From: a phage
Sequence record: PZ452606.1
DNA length: 64,000 nt
Direction: 5' to 3' (one strand)
The notes under the pieces were generated by a model, which worked only from the letters and a program-made list of their open reading frames with translations, made no database searches and was not told where the DNA came from. A program made the translations under genes and the position numbers. This document shows positions 44,076 to 53,864 of this stretch, piece by piece. Every line of letters begins with the position of its first letter. Within the stretch, counting starts at the first letter, position 1.

Positions 44076-44501
44076 TTATTCCTTAAAGTGAGCTTTCAAC
44101 ATCTGATACAAGGACCATGCATGTTCATTATTTTCAATAGTAACTTTCATGACTGGGAATTCTGTGAAATCTTCTATTTGTTCTTGCTCTTTCTCTTCCT
44201 GCTCTTGCTCTTCAACTGCCTGATATGGATTTTCCACTTCATCAAAGAACCCAGCTTCGTTAGTAGAAAGCCAAATAAAGTTTTCGTCAAGGATATCACC
44301 ATGTGTTGCATATCCAACTGTGCCAGTAGATGTCACAATTTTAGTAGGACGACCAAGATGGTCAACATCTAAAATTTTAAAAGGATGCATACCTAAACGG
44401 CGTGCATAGATTCCGTTATCAGTATGATCTTTAATAAAATTTTCTTGAGCTTGTTTATTTTTAAATTGATACCATTTATTAACTTCAAATCTAATAGCCA
44501 T
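44076..44501 (-). CDS. goF: GoF (comC-alpha) protein
   Basis: 141 aa ORF downstream of gene 39 region as in T4. Confidence 0.65.
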   Translation of the reverse strand: MAIRFEVNKWYQFKNKQAQENFIKDHTDNGIYARRLGMHPFKILDVDHLGRPTKIVTSTGTVGYATHGDILDENFIWLSTNEAGFFDEVENPYQAVEEQEQEEKEQEQIEDFTEFPVMKVTIENNEHAWSLYQMLKAHFKE

Positions 44502-44716
44502 TAATAAATTTCCTTCCAGTAAGTTGTACCGTCTTCAGTGATTTCACGGAATACACCATAAATCGGTTGTTTATCACCAACCTTTTCATACACATAAACC
44601 GAAGTCAAGTGAGTAAACTTAACGGTATGTTCCTTTTGAACTACTACCAAATCTGGATCGAATAATACATCTTCAAATTCGTCATTAGTGCAATTCTGAA
44701 CAATTTTACGTTTCAT
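44501..44716 (-). CDS. cef: Cef, modifier of suppressor tRNAs
   Basis: 71 aa ORF adjacent to goF as in T4. Confidence 0.55.
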   Translation of the reverse strand: MKRKIVQNCTNDEFEDVLFDPDLVVVQKEHTVKFTHLTSVYVYEKVGDKQPIYGVFREITEDGTTYWKEIY

Positions 44717-44729
44717 TACAATTTCCTCA

Positions 44730-44999
44730 TTAATTGAACAGTGGAGCGATGCGTTTCAGAAGAGTAGCAGCACCTTTGGCAAATTTTACATCATGAAAAA
44801 CAGTTTCTTCTTCCGTTACAACACGAGCTTTAATGTTTTCACAATCCCAATTTTTGCGAACAATCTTCAAAAGCTGCAGTAAATCTTTACATTCAGCAAT
44901 ATCGATAACACATCCACGAGAATCTTCCATTATCGCACGATAACCATAAGCCATACCATAATCATTGAAAGATTGCTCGATGATAATTAAGTTTTCCAT
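44730..44999 (-). CDS. hypothetical protein
   Basis: ATG at 44999 with GGAGAA SD downstream of an early promoter. Confidence 0.5.
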   Translation of the reverse strand: MENLIIIEQSFNDYGMAYGYRAIMEDSRGCVIDIAECKDLLQLLKIVRKNWDCENIKARVVTEEETVFHDVKFAKGAATLLKRIAPLFN

Positions 45000-45023
45000 T
45001 TTATTCTCCAAGTTGTTTTCTGT

Positions 45024-45066
45024 ATCAGTAGTTGATATTGATATAATACCATAATCAACTACTGAT
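45024..45066. repeat. 13-bp perfect inverted repeat bracketing a -10 element
   Basis: atcagtagttgat ... atcaactactgat with 17-nt spacer containing TATTAT on minus strand. Confidence 0.7.
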
Positions 45067-45096
45067 GTATATAGTTTTATGAAAAAATTTTAAACT

Positions 45097-45588
45097 TTAT
45101 GCATAGCGAGCTTTGCTATAGTGTTTAATCCAACTTTCAGGAATGACTTTGTATGTTCCTAAAAATACCGCGTTGTATAACTTAACGCCATCTTCTACCC
45201 ATTGATCAGTAATGTATGCACACATAGCGCGAGTACGGTTAACAACACCTTCCTCACCTTCAGTAAATTCAAACTCATAAGGAGCAACGAACTTGATAGC
45301 TTGACCGAGTTTCCACTTAAAGTCTACACCTACATGCGAAGTATCAATCGTTTCAATTCCTTTAGCAGGAACAGCTTTCAAAAACGCAGATTCAAGAAAT
45401 TTCGCACGAACATAGCCAAACTGAGGTTTAGACTTTCCATCTTTAGGAATGATACGCACTTTTACTTCAGAATCTTCATCTTTAACACCGTGTTTAAGCT
45501 GAATGCTTACAACTTCGACCAATTTTCCTGCTGCTTTAGAGCGGGATTTATCAGATACACGAGCTAATTCACCAATATTAATAATCAT
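45097..45588 (-). CDS. motB: MotB-like protein
   Basis: 163 aa ORF at the T4 motB position; identity not verified. Confidence 0.5.
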   Translation of the reverse strand: MIINIGELARVSDKSRSKAAGKLVEVVSIQLKHGVKDEDSEVKVRIIPKDGKSKPQFGYVRAKFLESAFLKAVPAKGIETIDTSHVGVDFKWKLGQAIKFVAPYEFEFTEGEEGVVNRTRAMCAYITDQWVEDGVKLYNAVFLGTYKVIPESWIKHYSKARYA

Positions 45589-45632
45589 AGTTATCTCTCA
45601 CTTGTTAAAAAGATTTTATACTCCACGGGACC

Positions 45633-45661
45633 ATTATACTCTGGTCCCAAGAGTTTGTAAA
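45633..45661 (-). promoter_or_regulatory. early promoter upstream of motB-like gene
   Basis: TTTACA-17-TATAAT; -10 flanked by GGGACC/GGTCCC inverted repeat. Confidence 0.55.
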
Positions 45662-46099
45662 CTAGCTTACACGAACATTAATCACTGCGCTACGAGGAAC
45701 TACAGAGTATTCTCCAGCATGAACTACGTTCAGAAGTTCAACACCATCTTCAATCCACTGATCAGTCACCCATCCACCCACAGGATTCGCGAATGGACGA
45801 CGAATATAAACTGCCTTACACAGCAGATCAGTTGGATCTTCAGGTTTTTCAATTTCTGTCAATAGACTAAAATCTTTTTCATAAATAATAAGCGATGATA
45901 CCATTCCATAATAGTTTCTAATTTCAATATACATCATACCGATAAGAATTCCGCTATTAACACTAATAACAGTAAAAGGATATCCGCCAGTTAAACCAAG
46001 AAGTTCACAAAACTTATTATGAGCTGTATTAGACAGTACCGAAAAATTCTTAATTTCATCAAATTTTTTCAATTGATAAACAGCATTATTTTTAATCAT
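45662..46099 (-). CDS. hypothetical protein sharing a C-terminal module with the MotB-like protein
   Basis: C-terminus VTDQWIEDGVELLNVVHAGEYSVVPRS resembles ITDQWVEDGVKLYNAVFLGTYKVIPES of the neighbour. Confidence 0.5.
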   Translation of the reverse strand: MIKNNAVYQLKKFDEIKNFSVLSNTAHNKFCELLGLTGGYPFTVISVNSGILIGMMYIEIRNYYGMVSSLIIYEKDFSLLTEIEKPEDPTDLLCKAVYIRRPFANPVGGWVTDQWIEDGVELLNVVHAGEYSVVPRSAVINVRVS

Positions 46100-46109
46100 G
46101 ATTTTCTCT

Positions 46110-46613
46110 TTAATCTAAAGTAATAAAGCCTTTTAATTCGGCATGGGATTTACGGAACATTACTTGGTGCCCGCCAATGATAACTTGATCATCTGGAACT
46201 TCGTATACAGCGAGATAAAATCCTTTAGAAGATAATTCTTCACGCTCTTCTCGTGTGAACCATCTCATCATATCATATTCGCTAGCGAAAGCAAAATGAT
46301 AAAGAGCTATAAACCATCCTGGAATATAGTGATCTACGCCTACATATTCTTCTTTCTCAAAATTAGTATTAATTGCTATATTAGCATTTTTAACTAATAA
46401 TTTGTCTTCGTGTGGAAGAGGAATTCTTTTATTATCATTACTATGATGCATAAAATTAGGTCTGTCATAACCTACGTATAATAACCACTCTTCGCTCCAT
46501 GAATCTATTATACTCCTGTATGGCGTTATTTGAACACAAAGATCTCGACGTATTGTTATAGCATCTTCATAATTAAGAATACTAAACGATGATTCAACAC
46601 GATAAATTTTCAT
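46110..46613 (-). CDS. hypothetical protein
   Basis: ATG at 46613 with GAGGA SD downstream of an early promoter. Confidence 0.5.
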   Translation of the reverse strand: MKIYRVESSFSILNYEDAITIRRDLCVQITPYRSIIDSWSEEWLLYVGYDRPNFMHHSNDNKRIPLPHEDKLLVKNANIAINTNFEKEEYVGVDHYIPGWFIALYHFAFASEYDMMRWFTREEREELSSKGFYLAVYEVPDDQVIIGGHQVMFRKSHAELKGFITLD

Positions 46614-46639
46614 TTTATTATCCTCAGTAGCTATGGTGT

Positions 46640-46668
46640 TATAATACCACAACTAACCGAGGAAGTAA
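46640..46668 (-). promoter_or_regulatory. early (sigma70) promoter
   Basis: TTTACT-17-TATTAT. Confidence 0.5.
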
Positions 46669-46676
46669 ACAACTTT

Positions 46677-47360
46677 TTATCGTTTAGTTGGAAGAGATAG
46701 AGGATCGCATTCTTCCTCTGACGGAGCATCTTCAAGACCCATAGCATATCGCAAAGCATACTTCATCATCAGGATGTCTTTCGCACAGTCATGAATAGAA
46801 TCATGTGCAACGAATCCATCTAAAGTTCCTTTTGGAAGAGGACACGTGGTCATATCACGAACAAGCAGAAGTGCTTCAATTCTGGTACGAATATCACGCT
46901 GATTCCAGAATTTACATGGTTCTAACTTAAATGTATCAAGCTCATTCTCGGAAACGCCATTAAGACGTTGAATATCGCGAATGAGATCGACTAAAATTGG
47001 AAAATCAAACGACATTCCACGGCACCAGCCTTGAGATTTCCAAGGATCGATATTATGTGCATTGATGTAATCGTTGAATTTTGCAATACCATCAATGGTG
47101 CTTACATCTTCATCGGATGGTGCAATATTTTTTCGAGCTTCAGGAGACTGATTTTTCCACCATTCGATAGTGCTTTTAGTAAAAAGACGATGTCCTTTTT
47201 GGCTTTTTAAATCAAATTTGATTTTAATGCCACGTGAAACTAGTTCATCGAATGATTCAACTACTTCTGGGTTAGGGTCAAAAGCAATTACAGCCAAATC
47301 AATAACAGCTGCTTTTTCACCGCTTCCCATTGTTTCAAAATCTATAATAAAATCAAACAT
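46677..47360 (-). CDS. dexA: exonuclease A
   Basis: 227 aa; DEDD-type exonuclease; matches T4 DexA start MFDFIIDFETMGSGEKAAVIDLAVIAFD. Confidence 0.9.
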   Translation of the reverse strand: MFDFIIDFETMGSGEKAAVIDLAVIAFDPNPEVVESFDELVSRGIKIKFDLKSQKGHRLFTKSTIEWWKNQSPEARKNIAPSDEDVSTIDGIAKFNDYINAHNIDPWKSQGWCRGMSFDFPILVDLIRDIQRLNGVSENELDTFKLEPCKFWNQRDIRTRIEALLLVRDMTTCPLPKGTLDGFVAHDSIHDCAKDILMMKYALRYAMGLEDAPSEEECDPLSLPTKR

Positions 47361-47635
47361 TAAATTTTCCTCGCTAAATCACGAATTTGGCCTACAGTAT
47401 AGTCTTGAATATAAACTTTATTAATAGGCTCATCAATAAATTTTGCCATAGATTCAATATCTTTTTGTATCTCTTCAAGACTGTATACTATCTTTAAAGC
47501 TTTTTCGCGAATAGTAATATTTTCAGGACTAGAATTTTCCTCAATGACAGCTTTAACATTTGTCATAAGAGATTTAAACTGATGCAAACTTAATTCAATC
47601 ATTAATAACCGCCTTATAAAGATGGCTAATTTCAC
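47360..47635 (-). CDS. hypothetical protein (paralog of next ORF)
   Basis: shares ...LEEI..D.....F.......V.I.DY..G.I..L pattern with 47595-47855. Confidence 0.5.
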   Translation of the reverse strand: MKLAIFIRRLLMIELSLHQFKSLMTNVKAVIEENSSPENITIREKALKIVYSLEEIQKDIESMAKFIDEPINKVYIQDYTVGQIRDLARKI

Positions 47636-47855
47636 CTAAAACATAATCACTGATTGTGACAGTTTTCACTTCACCACAAAAGAATTCTAACGCAATCAAA
47701 TCTCGTTCAATTTCTTCTAATTGAAGCATTAACTTGCCAGATTCAATTTTTACATTTCTACGATTTTTACTATAAGCTATTTCATAAATTTCGCTCACTT
47801 TATCTTGAAGCAGATAAAACTGGTCTTTAGTTATTTCCACGAATAGCTTCCTCAA
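47595..47855 (-). CDS. hypothetical protein (paralog of previous ORF)
   Basis: six-frame ORF; tandem similarity. Confidence 0.5.
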   Translation of the reverse strand: MRKLFVEITKDQFYLLQDKVSEIYEIAYSKNRRNVKIESGKLMLQLEEIERDLIALEFFCGEVKTVTISDYVLGEISHLYKAVIND

Positions 47856-48087
47856 ATTTAATTAGTAATTTACAGACACTTTCATCTAGTGTAATTACCG
47901 TATCTGTATTACTGTGATATGATTGTTTTTCAATTCGTTTAATTGCTAATATAGTATCACTTATAAGATAAAGCTTATGAAGGAGCTCAGCTCCTGTTAC
48001 CATAACATCGAGATTATCTTGCTTATTAGTATGCTTCCTTATACCATCTATTAGACGATTTAAATATTTTGAATTGATGTTAATCAT
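47827..48087 (-). CDS. hypothetical protein
   Basis: six-frame ORF between dexA and dda. Confidence 0.45.
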   Translation of the reverse strand: MININSKYLNRLIDGIRKHTNKQDNLDVMVTGAELLHKLYLISDTILAIKRIEKQSYHSNTDTVITLDESVCKLLIKFEEAIRGNN

Positions 48088-48093
48088 ATAGCC

Positions 48094-49413
48094 TCACACA
48101 TAAAACACATCATAACGACCACGTGTTACACCAACATAAAGAAGTTGTTGAGCTAATTCAGCATCTGCATAATGAATACAAGGCGTATAAATGAAAGCAC
48201 GGTCTACAGACATACCCTGAGCTTTATGGAATGTTGATGCAGGAAGTGCTTTCACTTTACTGAACTGTGATTTAGCATCCCAAAAATCACTCCATGGAGC
48301 TTTTCCGCCTTTGTTCCAATTTTTATAAGTTTCTGCCGTTTTACCTAAAAATAGGTTAAACTTATATAGCTCTTCATCAGATGAAATTATTTTAATCTTT
48401 TCACGATAATATTCATCATCGCCGTAAGTTTCTACTGTTAAATCCCAATGACGAATTAAGTATTCTCCAGGAACACCACGAGCTTTAACAAACGTTGATG
48501 TATACTCTGCTTCTATAATACGAACTAATTGTCCATTATTAAAAATAATTTCTGATACAGGCTTTCCATCAATTTTATATGTTTTAATTAATGGTTCCTG
48601 CATTACAATAATTTCACCGACAATAAAATCTTTATCAGTTTCAAAAATCTTTTTACGAATAATGCTATTTAACTTGTCAACAGATTTATTCGTAAATGCC
48701 ATTACGCGATTTTCAAACAAATCATCTAGAGATTTGACGATTGAAAAATAATTTACCATAAAATCGCGTAAAGCGGTATCACCAGTAAATCCACGTACTC
48801 CATGCCCGTCAACAACTTTATCATAAATCCACTTACCGTTGCGAACATCAGTAGCTACATCAATAATAGGAGCATTACTGCGTTTAACTTCAGTGAGTTC
48901 ACACTGATAAAAATCTTTATGTGTAAAGAATGGACTGATATAAGCAGTGTTTTCTCCTGGGTCAACAGGTCTAATTTGCTTATTATCGCCTATTCCAATT
49001 ATAGTACACCACGGTGGGATAGTTGAAAGCAAAATTTTGAAGAGCTTTCTATCATACATTGACACTTCGTCGCAGATTAATACCCTGCATTTAGCTAAAT
49101 CTGGTACTTCTTTTTGTTCAAAAAGAACGTTTTCTTCATACGTAACTGGGTTAATTTTAAGAATACTGTGAATAGTACTCGCTTCTTTCCCCGACAGTTT
49201 TGAAAGAATCTTTTTAGCTGCATGAGTAGGAGCTGCTAAAATAATACCAGTTTCACCCGTAGATATTAAAGCTTCAATGATGAATTTTGTAAGAGTAGTC
49301 TTACCAGTACCAGCAGGTCCATTAATAGTTACATGATGTTTCTTTTCTTTAATAGCCCTCATAACGATGTTAAAGGCATTTTTTTGGCCTTCTGTCAAAT
49401 CATCAAATGTCAT
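48094..49413 (-). CDS. dda: Dda DNA helicase (SF1B)
   Basis: 439 aa; Walker A GPAGTGKT; matches T4 Dda N-terminus. Confidence 0.95.
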   Translation of the reverse strand: MTFDDLTEGQKNAFNIVMRAIKEKKHHVTINGPAGTGKTTLTKFIIEALISTGETGIILAAPTHAAKKILSKLSGKEASTIHSILKINPVTYEENVLFEQKEVPDLAKCRVLICDEVSMYDRKLFKILLSTIPPWCTIIGIGDNKQIRPVDPGENTAYISPFFTHKDFYQCELTEVKRSNAPIIDVATDVRNGKWIYDKVVDGHGVRGFTGDTALRDFMVNYFSIVKSLDDLFENRVMAFTNKSVDKLNSIIRKKIFETDKDFIVGEIIVMQEPLIKTYKIDGKPVSEIIFNNGQLVRIIEAEYTSTFVKARGVPGEYLIRHWDLTVETYGDDEYYREKIKIISSDEELYKFNLFLGKTAETYKNWNKGGKAPWSDFWDAKSQFSKVKALPASTFHKAQGMSVDRAFIYTPCIHYADAELAQQLLYVGVTRGRYDVFYV

Positions 49414-49721
49414 CGGAAAGTCCCTGCAATTGGAATACTAACAATACGCCCAGTATCTAGAATTCGTTGATATAATCTTTGTGTATCTACATCAGGCTTA
49501 ACATGTTTAACTTCTATTTTATTAAACCAAAACTTGCGTGGAGTCTCAACTAATCTTGGAATTCCTTTACCTAAAGCTAATCGATACTGCTCTTTAAGAG
49601 TAGTAAATACTTTATCAGCAATATTCCATTCAAAAAATACAGCAGGACGATGTTCATCAAGCGGAACTGGCGCCGTAAATCCGTCTTTGTCTCGGTAAAC
49701 TATCGCATATACATAAACCAT
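49410..49721 (-). CDS. hypothetical protein
   Basis: 103 aa; 4-nt overlap with dda. Confidence 0.5.
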   Translation of the reverse strand: MVYVYAIVYRDKDGFTAPVPLDEHRPAVFFEWNIADKVFTTLKEQYRLALGKGIPRLVETPRKFWFNKIEVKHVKPDVDTQRLYQRILDTGRIVSIPIAGTFR

Positions 49722-49722
49722 A

Positions 49723-50469
49723 TTATCCTCGGATAAGTTTAAAAATTGAACAATTCAGCGGATATCCTCTTTTCAGTTTAAGTTTATCAATAAAAGACAA
49801 GTTTTGATACCGCTCTACACCTTGAATAATTTTATCACACATATCATATTGCATTTCTGCTTCTGACAACTTTTTCACAATTTTCCAATCCGAGCCTTTA
49901 AGAAGAACGTTCAGTTTAACAACTTCAGCGCCTTCTGCTATGCGAGAACCATCAATACGAGCTTTAAGTGCTATAATCCTTAGCTTAATGTCAGAGGTCT
50001 GTTTTGATTTAGAAAGCTGAGAAATGTGTTCAATTCGATTTTCACGTTTTTTCTGTATAGCTTTAATTTGATTATAAGTCTTTTTGATTTTAGCCCATTT
50101 CTTTTCATCTAAATTTAGTTTATGAACTTTTTTCGCAGATGAACGACCAATTCGCAAAGCAAATAAATCACGCTTTTCAATTAACTCTTCTAAAGTATAA
50201 TCAGAACGAAATGTATTATACTTTTTCTTTACTGCAATAACATTTCCTTTAATGTATCCAACGTTATTATCAAAACGTTCTAATGATAATTTCTCTCCTT
50301 CAATACGATTATCAAAAGGTTCTCCCGAGTAAGCACAAACTTTTTGATCTAAAATGTTCTTAATGTAATTGAAGTCTAAGTTAAAATCTTTAGAACGTCT
50401 TTTTGCAGATGCCTGAGTATGCTCTAAACGACGTTTAATTTTACGAATTTGGTTATTAGACAGCTTCAT
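49723..50469 (-). CDS. srd: Srd-like protein
   Basis: 248 aa basic protein at the T4 srd position; early promoter upstream. Confidence 0.5.
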   Translation of the reverse strand: MKLSNNQIRKIKRRLEHTQASAKRRSKDFNLDFNYIKNILDQKVCAYSGEPFDNRIEGEKLSLERFDNNVGYIKGNVIAVKKKYNTFRSDYTLEELIEKRDLFALRIGRSSAKKVHKLNLDEKKWAKIKKTYNQIKAIQKKRENRIEHISQLSKSKQTSDIKLRIIALKARIDGSRIAEGAEVVKLNVLLKGSDWKIVKKLSEAEMQYDMCDKIIQGVERYQNLSFIDKLKLKRGYPLNCSIFKLIRG

Positions 50470-50505
50470 ATTTTTCTCACATCTTACGGACGGTTAACTA
50501 CTTGT

Positions 50506-50534
50506 ACTATAACATTTTTACTTTAACTTGTAAA
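50506..50534 (-). promoter_or_regulatory. early promoter upstream of srd-like gene
   Basis: TTTACA-17-TATAGT. Confidence 0.5.
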
Positions 50535-50547
50535 CAACTTTATGTAA

Positions 50548-50575
50548 AAATGCTTTAAAAATTTCATGGTATAAT
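50548..50575 (+). promoter_or_regulatory. MotA-type middle promoter consensus in antisense orientation
   Basis: aaaTGCTTTA, 12 nt, TATAAT on plus strand, pointing into modA antisense. Confidence 0.3.
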
Positions 50576-50592
50576 GAATCTAAGTCCTTCCA

Positions 50593-51195
50593 TTATAGAT
50601 TAAATCCTTCAAAATCAAGAGTATAGATAGTGTATGTTGAATACTTTTTGTACTCATATCTATCTGCAATTCTAAATACACTTCCAGCTGGTATCATTAC
50701 TTCTTGTTCATCTGAAACTAATTCCATATTACGATAACGATGGCTATCCGGAAACTTAAAGTTTGGATTGTATTCTTTACAGCGTAGAGCTTTTATAGCA
50801 TACTCCTGGAAATTGAATACCATAGGAGCTTTGAATTCAAAAATAACTTGTGTGTTATACTCTAAACCGGAAGCAAAATGTAGAGCTATATTTTTATCAT
50901 ATGAAGCTGATACTACTTTATCAAATGTAATAATATCAATTCCTTGATTTAACACTTGCTTAGTCTCGACTGGAACACCTCTCCAAAGAGGTTTATCGTT
51001 TGGAACCAAACGAGATTTGATTATTTCATTTAACCAAGTATGGTCATCTGGTTTGTTGGTAATACAATGAATTAAAAGTTCAATTTCAGATAAATTAAAC
51101 CCTTCAGAAAGTAATTCTTCACGAATAGAAGCACGCACCGATGCATCCATTGATTTTATTTTAAAATCTTTTAGTTGCATTACTGAGTATTTCAT
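50593..51195 (-). CDS. modA: ADP-ribosyltransferase ModA
   Basis: 200 aa, T4 ModA length; tandem with ModB paralog. Confidence 0.7.
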   Translation of the reverse strand: MKYSVMQLKDFKIKSMDASVRASIREELLSEGFNLSEIELLIHCITNKPDDHTWLNEIIKSRLVPNDKPLWRGVPVETKQVLNQGIDIITFDKVVSASYDKNIALHFASGLEYNTQVIFEFKAPMVFNFQEYAIKALRCKEYNPNFKFPDSHRYRNMELVSDEQEVMIPAGSVFRIADRYEYKKYSTYTIYTLDFEGFNL

Positions 51196-51815
51196 TCAAC
51201 TACCTCAATATCATAAACTTTAAATGTTCCAAATGAATCGTGTAATTTTTCTTTTGAAATAGAAGTTATTTTATACTTTCCAATTGGAATCATCCATTCT
51301 TGTTCATGTACAATCATCATTAAGTTATCAGTACGCTCTGAATCTAATCCATCAGTGTCTTCATACGTGTACTTAAACTCAGTATTAGGAGAAGAAAGTA
51401 TAATATCGCTGATATGGTCAGAGTAATTAAAAGCTTTATCAGTTTTTAAACGAAGTATTGTTTCAGTGAAATATTCAGCATAAGAAAAAGAACACGCTGT
51501 ATGCAAACTAGTAGTAAATGAATCTACCCTGTTCGTTGAAAACACTTCTCCAACTTGTAAATCTTTAATAAGTTCTTTTGTCGATTTTGATATACCACGA
51601 TATAGCTGATAAGGTGATTTAGTTAAATGCTTTTTAACGATTTTATTCAACTGCCGATGAAGAGCTTCATTCTTTTTTGCTTCCATACATTGCCAAAGAA
51701 CAGACTGCTCAAAGTCAGTAAATTTTTCACAGACTTTTTTATACATATCATATTGAAAATCAACGCTTTCAGCTTTTATAGATAACTGTTCAACATCTGC
51801 AGGATTAATAATCAT
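51192..51815 (-). CDS. modB: ADP-ribosyltransferase ModB
   Basis: 207 aa, T4 ModB length; 4-nt overlap with modA. Confidence 0.7.
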   Translation of the reverse strand: MIINPADVEQLSIKAESVDFQYDMYKKVCEKFTDFEQSVLWQCMEAKKNEALHRQLNKIVKKHLTKSPYQLYRGISKSTKELIKDLQVGEVFSTNRVDSFTTSLHTACSFSYAEYFTETILRLKTDKAFNYSDHISDIILSSPNTEFKYTYEDTDGLDSERTDNLMMIVHEQEWMIPIGKYKITSISKEKLHDSFGTFKVYDIEVVE

Positions 51816-51841
51816 GATAGCCTCCGTATACTTCAGAAGCT

Positions 51842-51870
51842 ATCATATCATCGTTAGAAAGGAAAGTAAA
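51842..51870 (-). promoter_or_regulatory. early promoter upstream of modB
   Basis: TTTACT-17-TATGAT. Confidence 0.5.
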
Positions 51871-51882
51871 CAACTTTTTGAA

Positions 51883-52065
51883 TTATTTTGCCCAGGGAGC
51901 CCAAGGCGGAGGGTCAAGATGGTATGAAGCTAGTTCTTCTAGAAGAGCATCTGGGGCTTTAATTCCATAATTCTGTAATACTATACGGTACTCTTTCTTA
52001 TAATCACTAGAATCATTCTGGATATTCGTAGAATGATTATCTTCTAACATCTCAAATAAATCCAT
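51883..52065 (-). CDS. hypothetical protein
   Basis: 60 aa ORF. Confidence 0.4.
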   Translation of the reverse strand: MDLFEMLEDNHSTNIQNDSSDYKKEYRIVLQNYGIKAPDALLEELASYHLDPPPWAPWAK

Positions 52066-52073
52066 ATTAATTC

Positions 52074-52544
52074 CTAGCGATAAAAACCAAATTTACGATT
52101 AGTTTCAATGATCTTTCTTTCTTCTTCGGACATTCTCCATCGTAGTCCAACATCAAAATGAGCCCAGACCATCTTAACAAATGCATTTATATCTTTAATA
52201 TCTTCAATAATGAATGTTTTACTTTTAGAAGGTTGACTCGCTAATTTAACTTTATCGTCTTCAAACATGTCAAAAAGACCATATTCATGAGCTCTTTTAT
52301 AGCCTTTAATAGTTAAAGCTTCAGAAGAAGAAAATGGTGAATCTGTATTCTGCAAAATATCTTCAGTATGCTTTATAATTAGAATAACATTTTCTGGATA
52401 TTTTCTTTCTTTTATATCTTTAATTAAAATATCCGGATTTTCTGCTAAAGGAATAATTAACGAGCATTTTTTATCAAGTGTATTTACTGATTTACCTTCT
52501 TTAGACATAAATTCTATTGAATATAATTTTGCTACTTCAATCAT
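52074..52544 (-). CDS. hypothetical protein
   Basis: 156 aa ORF. Confidence 0.5.
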   Translation of the reverse strand: MIEVAKLYSIEFMSKEGKSVNTLDKKCSLIIPLAENPDILIKDIKERKYPENVILIIKHTEDILQNTDSPFSSSEALTIKGYKRAHEYGLFDMFEDDKVKLASQPSKSKTFIIEDIKDINAFVKMVWAHFDVGLRWRMSEEERKIIETNRKFGFYR

Positions 52545-52701
52545 GTGATTTCCTTTTGCCTACTAATGGACCGTCAGGAATTTTGTTTTCCTGAATGTAT
52601 TTCTCATTTTCTTCCATCATTTTACTACCGATTTTAAGAAGCAAATCTAAGGCTTCATTTGCTTTAGCTTTAGCCTCTTCTAACGTCATGTTCTTGTTCA
52701 T
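52537..52701 (-). CDS. small hypothetical protein
   Basis: 54 aa read by eye; ATGA overlaps at both ends. Confidence 0.35.
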   Translation of the reverse strand: MNKNMTLEEAKAKANEALDLLLKIGSKMMEENEKYIQENKIPDGPLVGKRKSHD

Positions 52702-52901
52702 GATTTATCCCCATAGATATCTCTCATCAATTTAAGTGCTGAGCGTTCTAATTTCTTTTCTTTCTCAGCACTAATCATTGATTTCATCCATTCTTCCGAT
52801 TCGTTCTGCATTTCTTTATTTGCCTGTTCAACCCAACCATCGTCAATATACATTGAGTTTGGTCTACTGAACCATTCAAGTATCTTCTTCAGAACTTTCA
52901 T
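52698..52901 (-). CDS. hypothetical protein
   Basis: 67 aa ORF. Confidence 0.45.
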   Translation of the reverse strand: MKVLKKILEWFSRPNSMYIDDGWVEQANKEMQNESEEWMKSMISAEKEKKLERSALKLMRDIYGDKS

Positions 52902-53373
52902 TTGTTTTACCTAAAACAATAGTAGGAGCATCGTCAAATTCATGAATTTTTAGCAATTTTGGATTTAAATTATTCCATACATAATAAATAAAGTATGATA
53001 AAGCATCTTCACTCGCAATTATAAATTTATTTCCTTCATTTATTTTCCAGTCATATACTGAATCGTACGAATAAAAAGATAAAGGATTACCATTATATTG
53101 TTCTGCGCTAACATTAATGTATTCGGATTTAGTAAATGCTTCAATTGCTCTAAACGGACTATTTGGCACAGTTTCAATAATTCCGATCTTTTTAAGTTTT
53201 ATTTCAACATCTTCTGGAACTGGCATTGAAACGAAATTTTCTACGAGATACATAGGGTTACAATAACCCTTATCAATCACTACGGCTACAGTAATTGGAA
53301 CATCTTTAGCAAACGACATGCTATTACTGCTAATATACATTTCAAACAAAATCGCTTCCATAATTTTCCTCAA
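52876..53373 (-). CDS. hypothetical protein
   Basis: 165 aa; 4-nt overlap with upstream gene. Confidence 0.5.
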   Translation of the reverse strand: MRKIMEAILFEMYISSNSMSFAKDVPITVAVVIDKGYCNPMYLVENFVSMPVPEDVEIKLKKIGIIETVPNSPFRAIEAFTKSEYINVSAEQYNGNPLSFYSYDSVYDWKINEGNKFIIASEDALSYFIYYVWNNLNPKLLKIHEFDDAPTIVLGKTNESSEEDT

Positions 53374-53864
53374 TCACAAGATGTAGATGAACAACCAGAA
53401 TCACAAGAACTTCCACATGAATCACCAGTCCAAGAACTAACAGCCGTGACTGTTATAATAGGAGCGGTATCGATATAGCTTTCTGAACGTCTTGAATCTA
53501 AATGTTCTTTTAACTTTTTAGAATTCAATGGAAGCGCACCTGCACCAACATTACCAGCTTTTTCTGGTTGACGAATAATTTCTTCCATCGTATCGTCGCT
53601 CGCATAAACATTAGTATCATATGAATCAGAACTAGACTGTGTATTAGATGATGTAGTAGGTGTTGACCAGCGCCAAGGATTTTTATAATATTCTTGGGCT
53701 TCTTCATAAGTCATAGTAACTGCTTCTACTGTTCCATCTCCCATATAAACATACTCAACTACAGTTAAAGGAAGGTAGTCATTTGAAATAGGAACTACAC
53801 CTTCCCCAGGAGTCGTAGAGAAAAAATCTGTAAAGAAACTTTTAAACCAATTAAAGATAAACAT
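53370..53864 (-). CDS. hypothetical Ser/Thr- and Cys-rich protein
   Basis: 164 aa; hydrophobic N-terminus, S/T-rich centre, C-terminal [15 protein letters not shown]. Confidence 0.5.
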   Translation of the reverse strand: MFIFNWFKSFFTDFFSTTPGEGVVPISNDYLPLTVVEYVYMGDGTVEAVTMTYEEAQEYYKNPWRWSTPTTSSNTQSSSDSYDTNVYASDDTMEEIIRQPEKAGNVGAGALPLNSKKLKEHLDSRRSESYIDTAPIITVTAVSSWTGDSCGSSCDSGCSSTSCD

